Of a stretch of 15,035 nt of DNA, positions 1-8,652 are shown piece by piece (positions within the stretch are counted from its first letter, which is position 1; each line of letters starts with the position of its first letter). The DNA comes from Nitrososphaerota archaeon (GTDB lineage Archaea > Thermoproteota > Nitrososphaeria > Nitrososphaerales > UBA57): contig JACAFS010000024.1 in assembly GCA_013378385.1 (NCBI GenBank), forward strand, positions 1-15,035. Direction: 5' to 3'. The notes under the pieces were generated by a model, which saw only the letters and a list, made by a program, of their open reading frames with translations, was not told where the DNA came from and did not search any database. Both the position numbers and the translations under genes were made by a program.

Positions 1-741
1 GATGACTTGGGACTTGAACTCAAACACGACTTCAACTTCCTTACTATCGCCCAAATGGGTCCAAGGAAGAACCTCGCCAATAACATCAGGTGGTTCCTCG
101 AAGAGTTCCACGACGACGAAGTTGGACTTGTAGTAAAAACTCACATGAAGAACTGTAGCACCGCCGACGGACAATATTGTCTACAATCTATGAAAGAATT
201 GACAAAAGACTTCCCAGATAGAAAGTGTAGCGTACACTTGCTTCATGGAGACTTATCTCTTGAACAAATGAATTCTCTTTATACTCACCCAAAAATGAAA
301 GGTTTTGTCACTCTAACCCACGGCGAAGGATATGGGCTCCCCATCTTCGAAGCAGCATATCATGGGTTGCCCGTAGTCGCTCCTGGATGGAGCGGACAAA
401 ATGACTTCCTCTATGCTCCCGTGAAAAGCGGCAAGCAAAAGAAAGCGAAGCTACGCCCCTTATTTGCAAAAGTTGATTATACTATAGGGCAAGTTCCACA
501 GGAAGCTGTTTGGGATGGTGTGGTTCAACAAGACTCTGGCTGGTGTTATCCAACCGAGGGCGGAGCAAAGTCTGCCATGAGAGATGTTTATGGCAACCAT
601 TCAAATTATGTTGGAATGTCTAGAAAGCTTAAAAAACATATCTTAACAAACTTTACGGAAGAACAAATGACGACTAAGTTTGCAGAAGCTGTCTTGGGTG
701 AGAAAATTAAGGAAAAAGAATTGGATTTAGTACATGTCTAA
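1..741 (+). CDS. Glycosyltransferase, GT-B fold, family 4-like; C-terminal part only (5' end outside window)
   Basis: Frame 1 is open from base 1; the track start at 7 is only an internal TTG. It carries the C-terminal GT4-type motif HGEGYGLPIFEAAYHGLPVVAPGWSGQNDF (E-x7-E class). Stop TAA at 739-741. Confidence 0.85.
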   Translation, partial: DDLGLELKHDFNFLTIAQMGPRKNLANNIRWFLEEFHDDEVGLVVKTHMKNCSTADGQYCLQSMKELTKDFPDRKCSVHLLHGDLSLEQMNSLYTHPKMKGFVTLTHGEGYGLPIFEAAYHGLPVVAPGWSGQNDFLYAPVKSGKQKKAKLRPLFAKVDYTIGQVPQEAVWDGVVQQDSGWCYPTEGGAKSAMRDVYGNHSNYVGMSRKLKKHILTNFTEEQMTTKFAEAVLGEKIKEKELDLVHV

Positions 742-2365
742 AATTATTTACATCGCTGACTTCTTTATAGATCAAATATCAGGCGGCGCAGAAATATGCG
801 ATGACAATCTTATAAATATGTTTCTCGATAGAGGTGAAAAAGTAGTTAAGATAAATACTGTTGAATTCAATGATAAACATTTCAACATGTATAAGGGGGC
901 AGGATTTCACTTCATTGTGTCAAATTTTATTAATATGTCTGATATGGTTAAAAATTATATGATAAACCATCCTAATTCATATTCAATTATGGAGCATGAT
1001 CATAAATACCTTAAGACTCGCGATCCTTCAAAATTTGATGACTTTCTTGCCCCAAGCGAATACATTATTAACCGCTCCTTCTATGCCAGTGCTAAAAATG
1101 TTTTTGCTCAATCTAAAATACACGCAGAAGTAATACAAAAGAATCTAAAAATAAAAAACGTAATAAATCTTGGAATGAGTCTTTGGAATGATGAGCAGTT
1201 ACAAGTTATTACGGACAATATAAATAATAAGAAGAAAGATGATTTTTGTATATTGGAAAGCAATAATCCAACTAAGAATACGCAATTTGCTATAAATTAT
1301 TGTGAAAAGAATAATATTAATTACACGCTAATCCCGAGCATGAAGTATGAAGATTATATTTGCGAGCTATCAAAACACAAAACATATCTATTTTTTCCTA
1401 AAGTATTGGAAACATTCAATAGAGTTTTGCTTGAAGCAAAAATGCTTGGGTGTGAAGTTATAACTACAAAACTAAATGGATGCCTGTCTGAAGATTGGTT
1501 ATCTGGAAAAAAGGGAAAGGAGTTAGTTGATTTCGTTAAGAGTCAAAGAGAGGTAGTTTATGACAAAATCAAGAACTCTATCGAAGAAAATGAAAGAGAA
1601 AAAAGTTATTCACAATCACAATCTGACATTACTGTTATCTTAAATGCATACCGACGCCCATACAACCTTAAAATGCAGATTGATTCTATAAGAAATCAAA
1701 CTCATCCTCCAAAAGAAATATGGTTGTGGGTGAATAGTCATGAAGATAATCATGGATTTGATTTTAAAAGTCTTGATGTTGATAAAATAATTCACAACGA
1801 CTTTAATTGGAAATTTTATGGCAGATTCGCAGCAGCACTTTTGGCGGACACAGAATATATTTCGATATATGACGATGACACAGTTCCAGGAAACCGATGG
1901 CATGAAAATTGCTTAGACACTATGCAAGTTAACGAAGGAATATTAGGTTCTGCTGGAATTATTTTAAAAAGCGATAGTTACGTAAATCATGACAGATGTG
2001 GATGGCCAACTAAAAATGAAGATATCACCGAAGTTGACTTAGTTGGACATGCTTGGTTTTTTAAGAGAGAGTGGCTCAGATATTTGTGGCAAGAAAAACC
2101 CGTTACTTGGGACAATGGCGAAGACATACAGTTTGGATTCATGGCAAAAATACATGGCAATATCCCAACCTATTGTCCACCACATCCACCAAGTTGTCCT
2201 GATTTACATGGATCAGTTCTTGGCAACGAGTTGGGAATTGATTCGAAGGCGACTTCAACGGATTCGAGTATATCACATCAGCGCTTTTTCTCTGAAAGAG
2301 ATGAATGTGTTAGAATGGGTATACGAAAAGGCTGGGAAACAGTTAATGGTATAAGGGAGTCATAA
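734..2365 (+). CDS. Two-domain glycosyltransferase: N-terminal GT-B (GT4-like) fused to C-terminal GT-A (DxD; GT2/GT64-like layout)
   Basis: 543-aa ORF whose ATG overlaps the upstream stop by 8 nt. N-half motifs: IYIADFFIDQISGGAE and FNRVLLEAKMLGCEVITT. C-half motifs: ITVILNAYRRPYNL..IRNQTHPPKEIWLWVN, the DxD segment YISIYDDDTVP, then LVGHAWFFKREWL. Confidence 0.8.
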   Translation: MSKIIYIADFFIDQISGGAEICDDNLINMFLDRGEKVVKINTVEFNDKHFNMYKGAGFHFIVSNFINMSDMVKNYMINHPNSYSIMEHDHKYLKTRDPSKFDDFLAPSEYIINRSFYASAKNVFAQSKIHAEVIQKNLKIKNVINLGMSLWNDEQLQVITDNINNKKKDDFCILESNNPTKNTQFAINYCEKNNINYTLIPSMKYEDYICELSKHKTYLFFPKVLETFNRVLLEAKMLGCEVITTKLNGCLSEDWLSGKKGKELVDFVKSQREVVYDKIKNSIEENEREKSYSQSQSDITVILNAYRRPYNLKMQIDSIRNQTHPPKEIWLWVNSHEDNHGFDFKSLDVDKIIHNDFNWKFYGRFAAALLADTEYISIYDDDTVPGNRWHENCLDTMQVNEGILGSAGIILKSDSYVNHDRCGWPTKNEDITEVDLVGHAWFFKREWLRYLWQEKPVTWDNGEDIQFGFMAKIHGNIPTYCPPHPPSCPDLHGSVLGNELGIDSKATSTDSSISHQRFFSERDECVRMGIRKGWETVNGIRES

Positions 2366-3357
2366 TGTTGCTAATTAGTTTTGGAACAAGACCTGAATAT
2401 ATTAAACTTAAGCCAGTCATTGAATCAATCAAAGGAAAGATTCCTTACAAACTTTTATTTACTGGACAACATGTCGACTTGCTGTCAGAGATAGACGGAG
2501 ACATCCAAGAGCTTGAAATTGAAAATGGAAACAATCGTCTTGACTCCATTGTTCAATCTGTAATGAATAACGAAGATATATTTACAGATATATCGGCTGT
2601 CTTAGTACAAGGAGATACGACTTCAGTATTCGCAGTTGCCTTGGCAGCATTCCATAGAAAGATCAAGATAGTTCATTTAGAAGCTGGATTGCGTACTTGG
2701 AACAAATATCATCCATATCCAGAGGAGTTCAATAGATGCGCCGTCTCTCGTATGGCGGATATTCACCTATGCCCTACTGTCAATTCTGCTTCAAATTTAG
2801 AGAATGAGAGAGTGGATGGAAAAATACATGTCGTAGGAAACACTGTTCTGGATAATCTGGTTGGTATTCCAACTTTATACGACAAACATATTATTGTTAC
2901 AATGCATCGAAGAGAAAATCATGGCAATATGGATACATGGTTTAAAAAAATAAACAATTTGGCTAAAGAATATGACGAATATGAATTCATCATTCCACTC
3001 CATCCGAACCCTAATGTACAAAAACATCGTCACTTGTTGACAAATCTGACAGTTGTCGATTCTATGGAGCACGCGAGTTTTATTAAAAAATTAGCAAGCT
3101 CTCATTTAGTTATTACTGATTCTGGAGGAATTCAGGAAGAATCATCGTTTTTTAAGAAAAAGTGCATTGTCTGCCGCGAGCATACGGAGCGAGGAGAAGG
3201 GCTGGAAGTGTTCTCCTTCTTGGCATCAGAAGAAACGATGGAAGGTATTTTTAGAGATTTAGTCGAAGACAATATTCCGTCTGGCGATTGTCCCTACGGT
3301 GATGGAAAATCCGCTGAAAGAATTGCTAAAATTTTGATTGAGGAGCTTAAGTTTTGA
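2365..3357 (+). CDS. wecB: UDP-N-acetylglucosamine 2-epimerase (Epimerase_2 family, compact 330 aa)
   Basis: SD AAGGGAG at 2353-2359, 5 nt before the ATG. Motifs are collinear with E. coli WecB: FGTRPEYIKLKPV, VQGDTTSVFAVALAAFHRKIKIVHLEAGLRT, HPYPEEFNRCAVSRMADIHLCPT, VTMHRREN, PLHPNPNV, ITDSGGIQEES, PYGDGKSAERI. Hydrolysing versus non-hydrolysing type cannot be decided by eye. Confidence 0.93.
   Translation: MLLISFGTRPEYIKLKPVIESIKGKIPYKLLFTGQHVDLLSEIDGDIQELEIENGNNRLDSIVQSVMNNEDIFTDISAVLVQGDTTSVFAVALAAFHRKIKIVHLEAGLRTWNKYHPYPEEFNRCAVSRMADIHLCPTVNSASNLENERVDGKIHVVGNTVLDNLVGIPTLYDKHIIVTMHRRENHGNMDTWFKKINNLAKEYDEYEFIIPLHPNPNVQKHRHLLTNLTVVDSMEHASFIKKLASSHLVITDSGGIQEESSFFKKKCIVCREHTERGEGLEVFSFLASEETMEGIFRDLVEDNIPSGDCPYGDGKSAERIAKILIEELKF
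3340..3345 (+). promoter_or_regulatory. Shine-Dalgarno GAGGAG serving the TTG start at 3354
   Basis: GAGGAG lies 8 nt upstream of the TTG, which overlaps the epimerase stop as TTGA. The next in-frame ATG is 33 codons downstream and would remove the conserved RFSDGE segment. Confidence 0.6.
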
Positions 3358-4157
3358 AAAAATTTGATACAGCATTTAATAACCTTTTAGGCAAAATATC
3401 TAAAAAAGAGAATTTTGCTTTTACAAGATTCTCAGATGGAGAACTGTTTATAATGCAAAACAAGACAGTTATTTTAGCAAAGGATCATTATGTTACGGGC
3501 GACATTAAAGGTCCAAACATTTATACAAAAGAGGAACAAAAAGAATTCTTACCAGAAAGAGATGGATTTTATAGAGAAAAACTCATAGAGTGTTATAAGC
3601 ACAATCGGGACAACTACTTTAAGGGAATCTGCACAGGGACAGACGCACACGTTGGAACTGAAAATTTTAAATATATGATAGATCTTCATGGAGGAGATCA
3701 CCCAAATTTAACTTTTTCTAATCTGCTGATAAATGCAAATTACAGAAGATTTGTTGAGGAAATGATTCCTTTATTTCAGGATAGGGAAATAGTATATATT
3801 GTTAATGAAAACGCAGATATTTCAAGATTGCCTTTTGACATAAAAAAGACGTTTGAGATTGGAGCCAATTGCATGATTAATGATTATGAGACAGCAGAAA
3901 AGGTTAAAGACTACATAAATGAAAATGATATTAAGAATCACATTTTTCTATGCTCCGCTGCCTCATTGAGTAATTATGTTATATACGAGTGCTTTAAGAA
4001 TAATCAAAATAATACATTTCTGGACATTGGAAGTTGTTTGAATCCTCTTTTGAAATTAGAGGGTTGGAAATATACTAGAGGATATCTTACTCACTATTGG
4101 TTAGGAAAGAATAGTAATTTTGGGACACAGGTTGATGTATGGCAAACTATAGATTGA
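3354..4157 (+). CDS. Hypothetical protein; candidate GT-D (DUF1792-like) glycosyltransferase
   Basis: 267-aa ORF with a TTG start and strong SD. The N-terminal FAFTRFSDGELFIMQN resembles the RFGDGE / D-x-E segment I recall for the roughly 270-aa DUF1792 GT-D fold. I recognised no other family motif. Confidence 0.55.
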   Translation: MKKFDTAFNNLLGKISKKENFAFTRFSDGELFIMQNKTVILAKDHYVTGDIKGPNIYTKEEQKEFLPERDGFYREKLIECYKHNRDNYFKGICTGTDAHVGTENFKYMIDLHGGDHPNLTFSNLLINANYRRFVEEMIPLFQDREIVYIVNENADISRLPFDIKKTFEIGANCMINDYETAEKVKDYINENDIKNHIFLCSAASLSNYVIYECFKNNQNNTFLDIGSCLNPLLKLEGWKYTRGYLTHYWLGKNSNFGTQVDVWQTID

Positions 4158-4531
4158 CGCCAAACGAAGAAAAATACTGGGAATTTATTAGAATCCTCAG
4201 AACCACCGACGGTATCGCCCAAGGTTTTATTAAACAAAATAATATTTCTCCTATAAAACAAAAAGAATATATGCTAAAATATAATCAATGTTTTCGAATA
4301 TGTTTAGATGGAAACATTCCAGTTGGATATGTCGGAATTATTGATGACGACATTCGAGTTGCCACTCACCCTGATCACCAAGGCAAGGGCATAGGATCGT
4401 TTATGATAAATGAAGTAATGAAGGATAGTCCATCTGCCGTCGCAAAAGTAAAGATTGATAACAAAGCAAGCTTAAAATTATTTGAAAAATGTGGTTTTAA
4501 GCTTAAGTATTATTTGTTGGAGAAAGAATGA
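4139..4531 (+). CDS. GNAT-family N-acetyltransferase (small, 130 aa)
   Basis: Acetyl-CoA binding motif A: VATHPDHQGKGIGSFMINEVM (Q/R-x-x-G-x-G/A). C-terminal N-x-x-A: DNKASLKLFEKCGFK. The ATG overlaps the upstream gene by 19 nt. Confidence 0.85.
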   Translation: MANYRLTPNEEKYWEFIRILRTTDGIAQGFIKQNNISPIKQKEYMLKYNQCFRICLDGNIPVGYVGIIDDDIRVATHPDHQGKGIGSFMINEVMKDSPSAVAKVKIDNKASLKLFEKCGFKLKYYLLEKE

Positions 4532-5139
4532 GACACAATCCGTTTAAAATTGTTGAGATGTTCGAAGAAACTGTTGCAGATTACACAGGCGCTCCATATG
4601 CCGTGTCGGTAGATTCAAGCACAAATGCACTATTTTTGTGTTGCAAGTATTTGCAAGTTGAGACTGTGACGATACCAGCTAGGACGTACCTATCGGTTCC
4701 TCAATCTATTATCCACGCTGGCGGCAATATTTTATTTTCTGAAAAAGACTGGAAGGGAATATACCAGTTAGAGCCGTATCCAATTTATGATTCAGCAAAG
4801 AGACTTACATCAGGAATGTATATTCCTGGAAGCTTTATGACGCTTTCTTTTCATATTAAAAAACACCTAAAGATGGGAAAAGGTGGTATGATATTGACTG
4901 ACAATGAGGAAGCAGCAGAATGGTTTTTAAGAGCAAGATACGAAGGGCGCAGCAAAGTAAAGTATCATGAAGATAATATTGAAATATGCGGCTGGAACAT
5001 GTATATGACGCCACAAGAGGCTGCGCATGGACTGGCACTAATGCAGAACTTTCCAGAGCACAATGAGGATTTGCCTGAAAACCCTCCTTATCGTGATTTG
5101 AGAGAGTTTGAATTGTTTAAGAACAAGGTTAAAGAATAA
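4528..5139 (+). CDS. DegT/DnrJ/EryC1/StrS-type PLP-dependent sugar aminotransferase, strongly shortened (203 aa)
   Basis: ATGA overlap with the GNAT gene. Family motifs occur in order: FEETVADYTGAPYAVSVDSSTNALFLC, VTIPARTYLSVPQSIIHAGG, IYDSAKRL (PLP Asp region), LSFHIKKHLKMGKGGMILTDNEEAAEWFLRARYEGRS (Schiff-base Lys region), GWNMYMTPQEAAHGL. The N-terminal approximately 25 aa and the C-terminal small domain of typical members are absent. Confidence 0.8.
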   Translation: MRHNPFKIVEMFEETVADYTGAPYAVSVDSSTNALFLCCKYLQVETVTIPARTYLSVPQSIIHAGGNILFSEKDWKGIYQLEPYPIYDSAKRLTSGMYIPGSFMTLSFHIKKHLKMGKGGMILTDNEEAAEWFLRARYEGRSKVKYHEDNIEICGWNMYMTPQEAAHGLALMQNFPEHNEDLPENPPYRDLREFELFKNKVKE

Positions 5140-5142
5140 TAG

Positions 5143-6030
5143 ATGCTAACATTTACTGAATTAGGCAGTCTTGGCAGGCTGGGAAATCAAATGTTTCAAT
5201 ATGCAGCACTTCGTTCAGCAGGACTTAGACTTGGTTTTGAAACCAAAATTCCTAATCCAGAATTAAAAGGCTGGCACGGGCAAAATTGCATGTTAGGAAA
5301 TTTAAACATTCGCAGTGAATATTTAAGCAATACTGATATGAAAAAAATAAAGTATCAATATATTGAAAAAGATTATATGAACTTTGATAATAAAGTATTT
5401 AGTCTTCCAGACAATACAAATATGCATGGGTTTTTTCAAAGTATTCATTATTTTCAAGATTTTAAAGAAGAAATAATTAAAGAACTAATGCCTAGACAAC
5501 AGTTTTTAGACACTGCTGATAAAAAGTTTCAAGATATAAAGAATGCGAATAATGATTACGAGATAGTATCATTGCATTTGCGGAGAGGTGATAATACTGA
5601 TGGCTCTAATCCAAGTAAAGAATTAAACGAGATGTATGGAAAAAGTGGAGACTTAGAAATGAACAGTTTTTACGGCAAATATTTAGTTGATGCAAAGCAG
5701 CGTTTTAAAAATAAGAAGGTTAAGTTCTTGATTTTTACTGGAGGATCGAGAAGTGATGGAAATTCAAATGAAACTGATATGGAATGGTGTCGAAGAAATT
5801 TTGTTGGTGAAGAATATTTGTTTTCTGAGGAAAACGATGTTATAATAGATTTTTCAATGATATCACGATGTGATCATAATATTGTTTCCCATATTAGTAG
5901 CTTTGGATGGTGGGCGGCGTATTTAAATCAAGGTGAAGGAATCGTAATTGCTCCAAGTAATTACCACCCAGACCGCCCTACGATGGGCTACAGGCAGGGA
6001 TTTTACCCAAAAAAATGGATTTTAGTATGA
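5143..6030 (+). CDS. Alpha-1,2-fucosyltransferase (glycosyltransferase family 11)
   Basis: GT11 motifs are collinear with H. pylori FutC: GRLGNQMFQYAA, HGFFQSIHYFQDF, VSLHLRRGDN, DFSMISRCDHNIVSHISSFGWWAAYL. Confidence 0.9.
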   Translation: MLTFTELGSLGRLGNQMFQYAALRSAGLRLGFETKIPNPELKGWHGQNCMLGNLNIRSEYLSNTDMKKIKYQYIEKDYMNFDNKVFSLPDNTNMHGFFQSIHYFQDFKEEIIKELMPRQQFLDTADKKFQDIKNANNDYEIVSLHLRRGDNTDGSNPSKELNEMYGKSGDLEMNSFYGKYLVDAKQRFKNKKVKFLIFTGGSRSDGNSNETDMEWCRRNFVGEEYLFSEENDVIIDFSMISRCDHNIVSHISSFGWWAAYLNQGEGIVIAPSNYHPDRPTMGYRQGFYPKKWILV

Positions 6031-6716
6031 AGTTAATATTTGACATTGGATATAACAAGGGAGAATTTGCACAAGAATGTTTTCGATTATATCCTGATTG
6101 TAAAGTAGTAGGAGTCGAAGCAAATTTAAGTCTCATTTATAATAATCAATCTACGGAGAGTATGGTACTGCTGCACGCATTGGCGTCTTCTGGAGAAAAT
6201 CAATATGAAGATTTTTATATTGAACCAAATCAGAGCGGTATATCCACTGCGTCAACTATGTTTATGAAGAATTCTAGATTTACAAAAGGTTCTAAGAATT
6301 TAAATCCTAACTCTGCAAGATGGAGTTTGAAGACTAAGGTGAAAACGCTCACGATAGACGACATGGTTAAGACTTACGGAATTCCTGATTTGATAAAAAT
6401 AGATGTAGAGGGGTATGAATATGAAGTTCTCAGAGGACTTACGCAGAAACAAAATAAAATTTGTTTTGAGTGGCATGAGGAAGAATACGATACTTTATTG
6501 AAGATTATTGAACATTTACAAAACTTAGGGTATAATGAATTTGGCATTATTGGATACTTTGACGAAGGAGATGTTTTTGATAATGTCACGTATTCCGACA
6601 AAGGAGATCCGTATTTGCAAGAACCAGAAGAATACTGTTCATGGAAAGATATAGACGTCCAGCGATTAGTGAATCCAGAAAGGCGCGTTAATTACGGCAT
6701 GGTGTTTGCGAAATGA
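6015..6716 (+). CDS. FkbM-family SAM-dependent methyltransferase
   Basis: Motifs IFDIGYNKGEFAQ, VVGVEAN, and the hallmark LIKIDVEGYEYEVLRGL. The start could instead be the in-frame ATG at 6027, which forms an ATGA overlap with the upstream stop. Confidence 0.88.
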   Translation: MDFSMKLIFDIGYNKGEFAQECFRLYPDCKVVGVEANLSLIYNNQSTESMVLLHALASSGENQYEDFYIEPNQSGISTASTMFMKNSRFTKGSKNLNPNSARWSLKTKVKTLTIDDMVKTYGIPDLIKIDVEGYEYEVLRGLTQKQNKICFEWHEEEYDTLLKIIEHLQNLGYNEFGIIGYFDEGDVFDNVTYSDKGDPYLQEPEEYCSWKDIDVQRLVNPERRVNYGMVFAK

Positions 6717-7705
6717 AATTATTTAAAGATTTAACAGGAAACTATCCAGATGTTATTGTGACATATTTTAATTTTGAGAAATATGTTCAAAATCATCCAG
6801 ATTCAAAATCTGGACTTTTTATTGGATATAATTCACAGTTTAATGAAGAATTCTTATCTCAAACATTGGAGGCAGATGAGAGTAGATTGTTTTTTAATGG
6901 AGAACAGCCCTGTGCCTACACCAATCCTGATATCAATATTGGAAACGCTAGTACGGATTTAGAGAACAAGTTTACGGATATTTATACGATTTGTCCTTGC
7001 ACTGCTGATTGGGCAAATGAAATTTATAACAATGGTGAAGAAAAGTTTAAGCCTATTTTATTCCCTATCGATAAATCAAACTTAATTTCTAATTTTGATA
7101 AAAAATATGATGCTATCTTTTACGGCAGTGTCTGTGGGCAAGATCACGTTGAGGCGATAAATGCTATTAGTAAATTCAATCATAAGTTTTTAACTTTAGG
7201 CGTCAATCATTGGCACCCGAACGAGAAATTAGTTAACGTGTCTGGTATTGGAAATCTAATAACAGACGTTAATATTCATACTTTTGAGAAATGGAAAATT
7301 CTTAGTCAGACAAAAGTTGTTCCAATATACAATCAATTGTATTTGCACGATAATCATATTCAGAATATTAAAAAATATGATAATTGGGAAAAGAATCGAG
7401 CATGGAGTCATCTTAATGAAAAACGAGCGCCACAATTGAAGCCTCGTGTAACTGAGGCTGCTCTGTTTAAAATGTTAATGTTAGTAAAACGTGATCCGTG
7501 GAATCTAATAGAATATTGGTATAATCCAAATGAGGATTTTATATATTTTGATTCCAACGATGAGCTAGAAGAATTAATATACGAAACAACGCATAATTGG
7601 GAGAACTATCAACATATTGTTGAAAATGCCTATAAGAAAGCAGTTGACAATTATACAACTGAACCAATTTTAAAGAGAATAATTACACAAGTGAGGAAAA
7701 GATGA
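6713..7705 (+). CDS. Hypothetical protein with CgeB-like (Glyco_trans_1_2-type) C-terminal glycosyltransferase domain
   Basis: ATGA overlap at the start. The C-terminus LKPRVTEAALFKMLMLVKRDPWNLIEYWYNPNEDFIYFDSNDELEELIYETTHNWENYQHIVENAYKKAVDNYT resembles the R-x-F/T-E-A...F..e.v.f.s.eEL pattern of CgeB/DUF3880-type GT-B C-domains. I recognised no motif in the N-terminal approximately 230 aa. Confidence 0.6.
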   Translation: MKLFKDLTGNYPDVIVTYFNFEKYVQNHPDSKSGLFIGYNSQFNEEFLSQTLEADESRLFFNGEQPCAYTNPDINIGNASTDLENKFTDIYTICPCTADWANEIYNNGEEKFKPILFPIDKSNLISNFDKKYDAIFYGSVCGQDHVEAINAISKFNHKFLTLGVNHWHPNEKLVNVSGIGNLITDVNIHTFEKWKILSQTKVVPIYNQLYLHDNHIQNIKKYDNWEKNRAWSHLNEKRAPQLKPRVTEAALFKMLMLVKRDPWNLIEYWYNPNEDFIYFDSNDELEELIYETTHNWENYQHIVENAYKKAVDNYTTEPILKRIITQVRKR

Positions 7706-8652
7706 ACTTTTGGAAAGACAAAAGAATATTAATTACAGGAGCACATGGATTTGTTGGAAATAATCTAATGAAAGTTTTGTCAGAAATGCAAGAAAAGGAA
7801 TTTTTTGAGATTTTATCACCAACAAGGCAAGAATTAGATTTAACAAAACAAGATCAGGTTGAAGATTATTTCAAAACACACACACCAGATATTGTTTTGC
7901 ATCTCGCTGGCAAAGTTGGAGGAATTTTAGCAAACAAGACGAAGCCTGCTGATTTCTTTTATGAAAATATTATGATGGGAACGCTAGTAATGCACTGTGC
8001 TTATAAATATGGGGCAGAAAAGGTAGTAGCATTGGCAGCAGGATGTGGATATCCAAAGCTACTCCCAGTTCCGTACACAGAAGACGACTTTTGGAAAGAT
8101 TTGCCAGATGAAAATTCAATAGGATACTCAATGGCAAAAAAGAATTTAATTATTCAATCTTGGACGTATCGTGAACAGTTTGGGTTCAATTCCGTAGTGC
8201 TTCTTCCAGCAAATCTTTATGGCCCGCATGATAATTTTAATTTAGAAACATCACATGTTGTACCTGCTCTTATAAGGAAATTTATTGAAGCAAAAGAGCG
8301 CGGCGACAACGAGGTGACGGTATGGGGAACTGGAAAGGCGTCTCGTGAGTTTCTGTATTCAGTGGATACAGCCCGCGCAATAATTGACATAGCTGAATCT
8401 GTAAACGAGACTGGTCCATTTAATCTTGGAACAGGGGCAGAGACTTCTATTAAAGAATTGGTGAAAACAATAAAAGAATTGACAGCATTTGAAGGTGAAG
8501 TAGTGTGGGACACATCAAAACCAGATGGACAACCGAGAAGGTTCTACGATATGTCTAAGTTTAAAGATGCTGTGGGATATGTTCCCAGTACAGATATTGA
8601 GACTGGTTTGAAAAGTACAATAAGGTGGTATAATGAAAATAGAAATTCCTAA
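7702..8652 (+). CDS. fcl: GDP-L-fucose synthase (GDP-4-keto-6-deoxy-D-mannose 3,5-epimerase/4-reductase)
   Basis: SD GAGGA at 7693-7697 and an ATGA overlap. Collinear with E. coli Fcl: ILITGAHGFVGNN, HLAGKVGGILANKTKPADFFYENIMMG, AAGCGYPK, YSMAKK, LPANLYGPHDNFNLETSHVVPALIRKF, VWGTGKASREFLY, WDTSKPDGQPRR. Confidence 0.93.
   Translation: MNFWKDKRILITGAHGFVGNNLMKVLSEMQEKEFFEILSPTRQELDLTKQDQVEDYFKTHTPDIVLHLAGKVGGILANKTKPADFFYENIMMGTLVMHCAYKYGAEKVVALAAGCGYPKLLPVPYTEDDFWKDLPDENSIGYSMAKKNLIIQSWTYREQFGFNSVVLLPANLYGPHDNFNLETSHVVPALIRKFIEAKERGDNEVTVWGTGKASREFLYSVDTARAIIDIAESVNETGPFNLGTGAETSIKELVKTIKELTAFEGEVVWDTSKPDGQPRRFYDMSKFKDAVGYVPSTDIETGLKSTIRWYNENRNS

Noticed and set aside
2365-5139. Epimerase, GNAT and aminotransferase as a nonulosonic-acid (pseudaminic, legionaminic or sialic) pathway.
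   Set aside because: The defining NeuB/PseI-type synthase and the CMP-transferase (NeuA/PseF) are not present in the window. The three genes fit equally well with ManNAc and amino-deoxyhexose branches.
5137-5145. Tandem stops TAATAG before ATG 5143, and other tiny gaps, as terminators or promoters.
   Set aside because: The gaps are 1-5 nt. No stem-loop or T-tract, and no -35/-10 spacing, can fit. The tandem stop is simply a stop followed by a short spacer.
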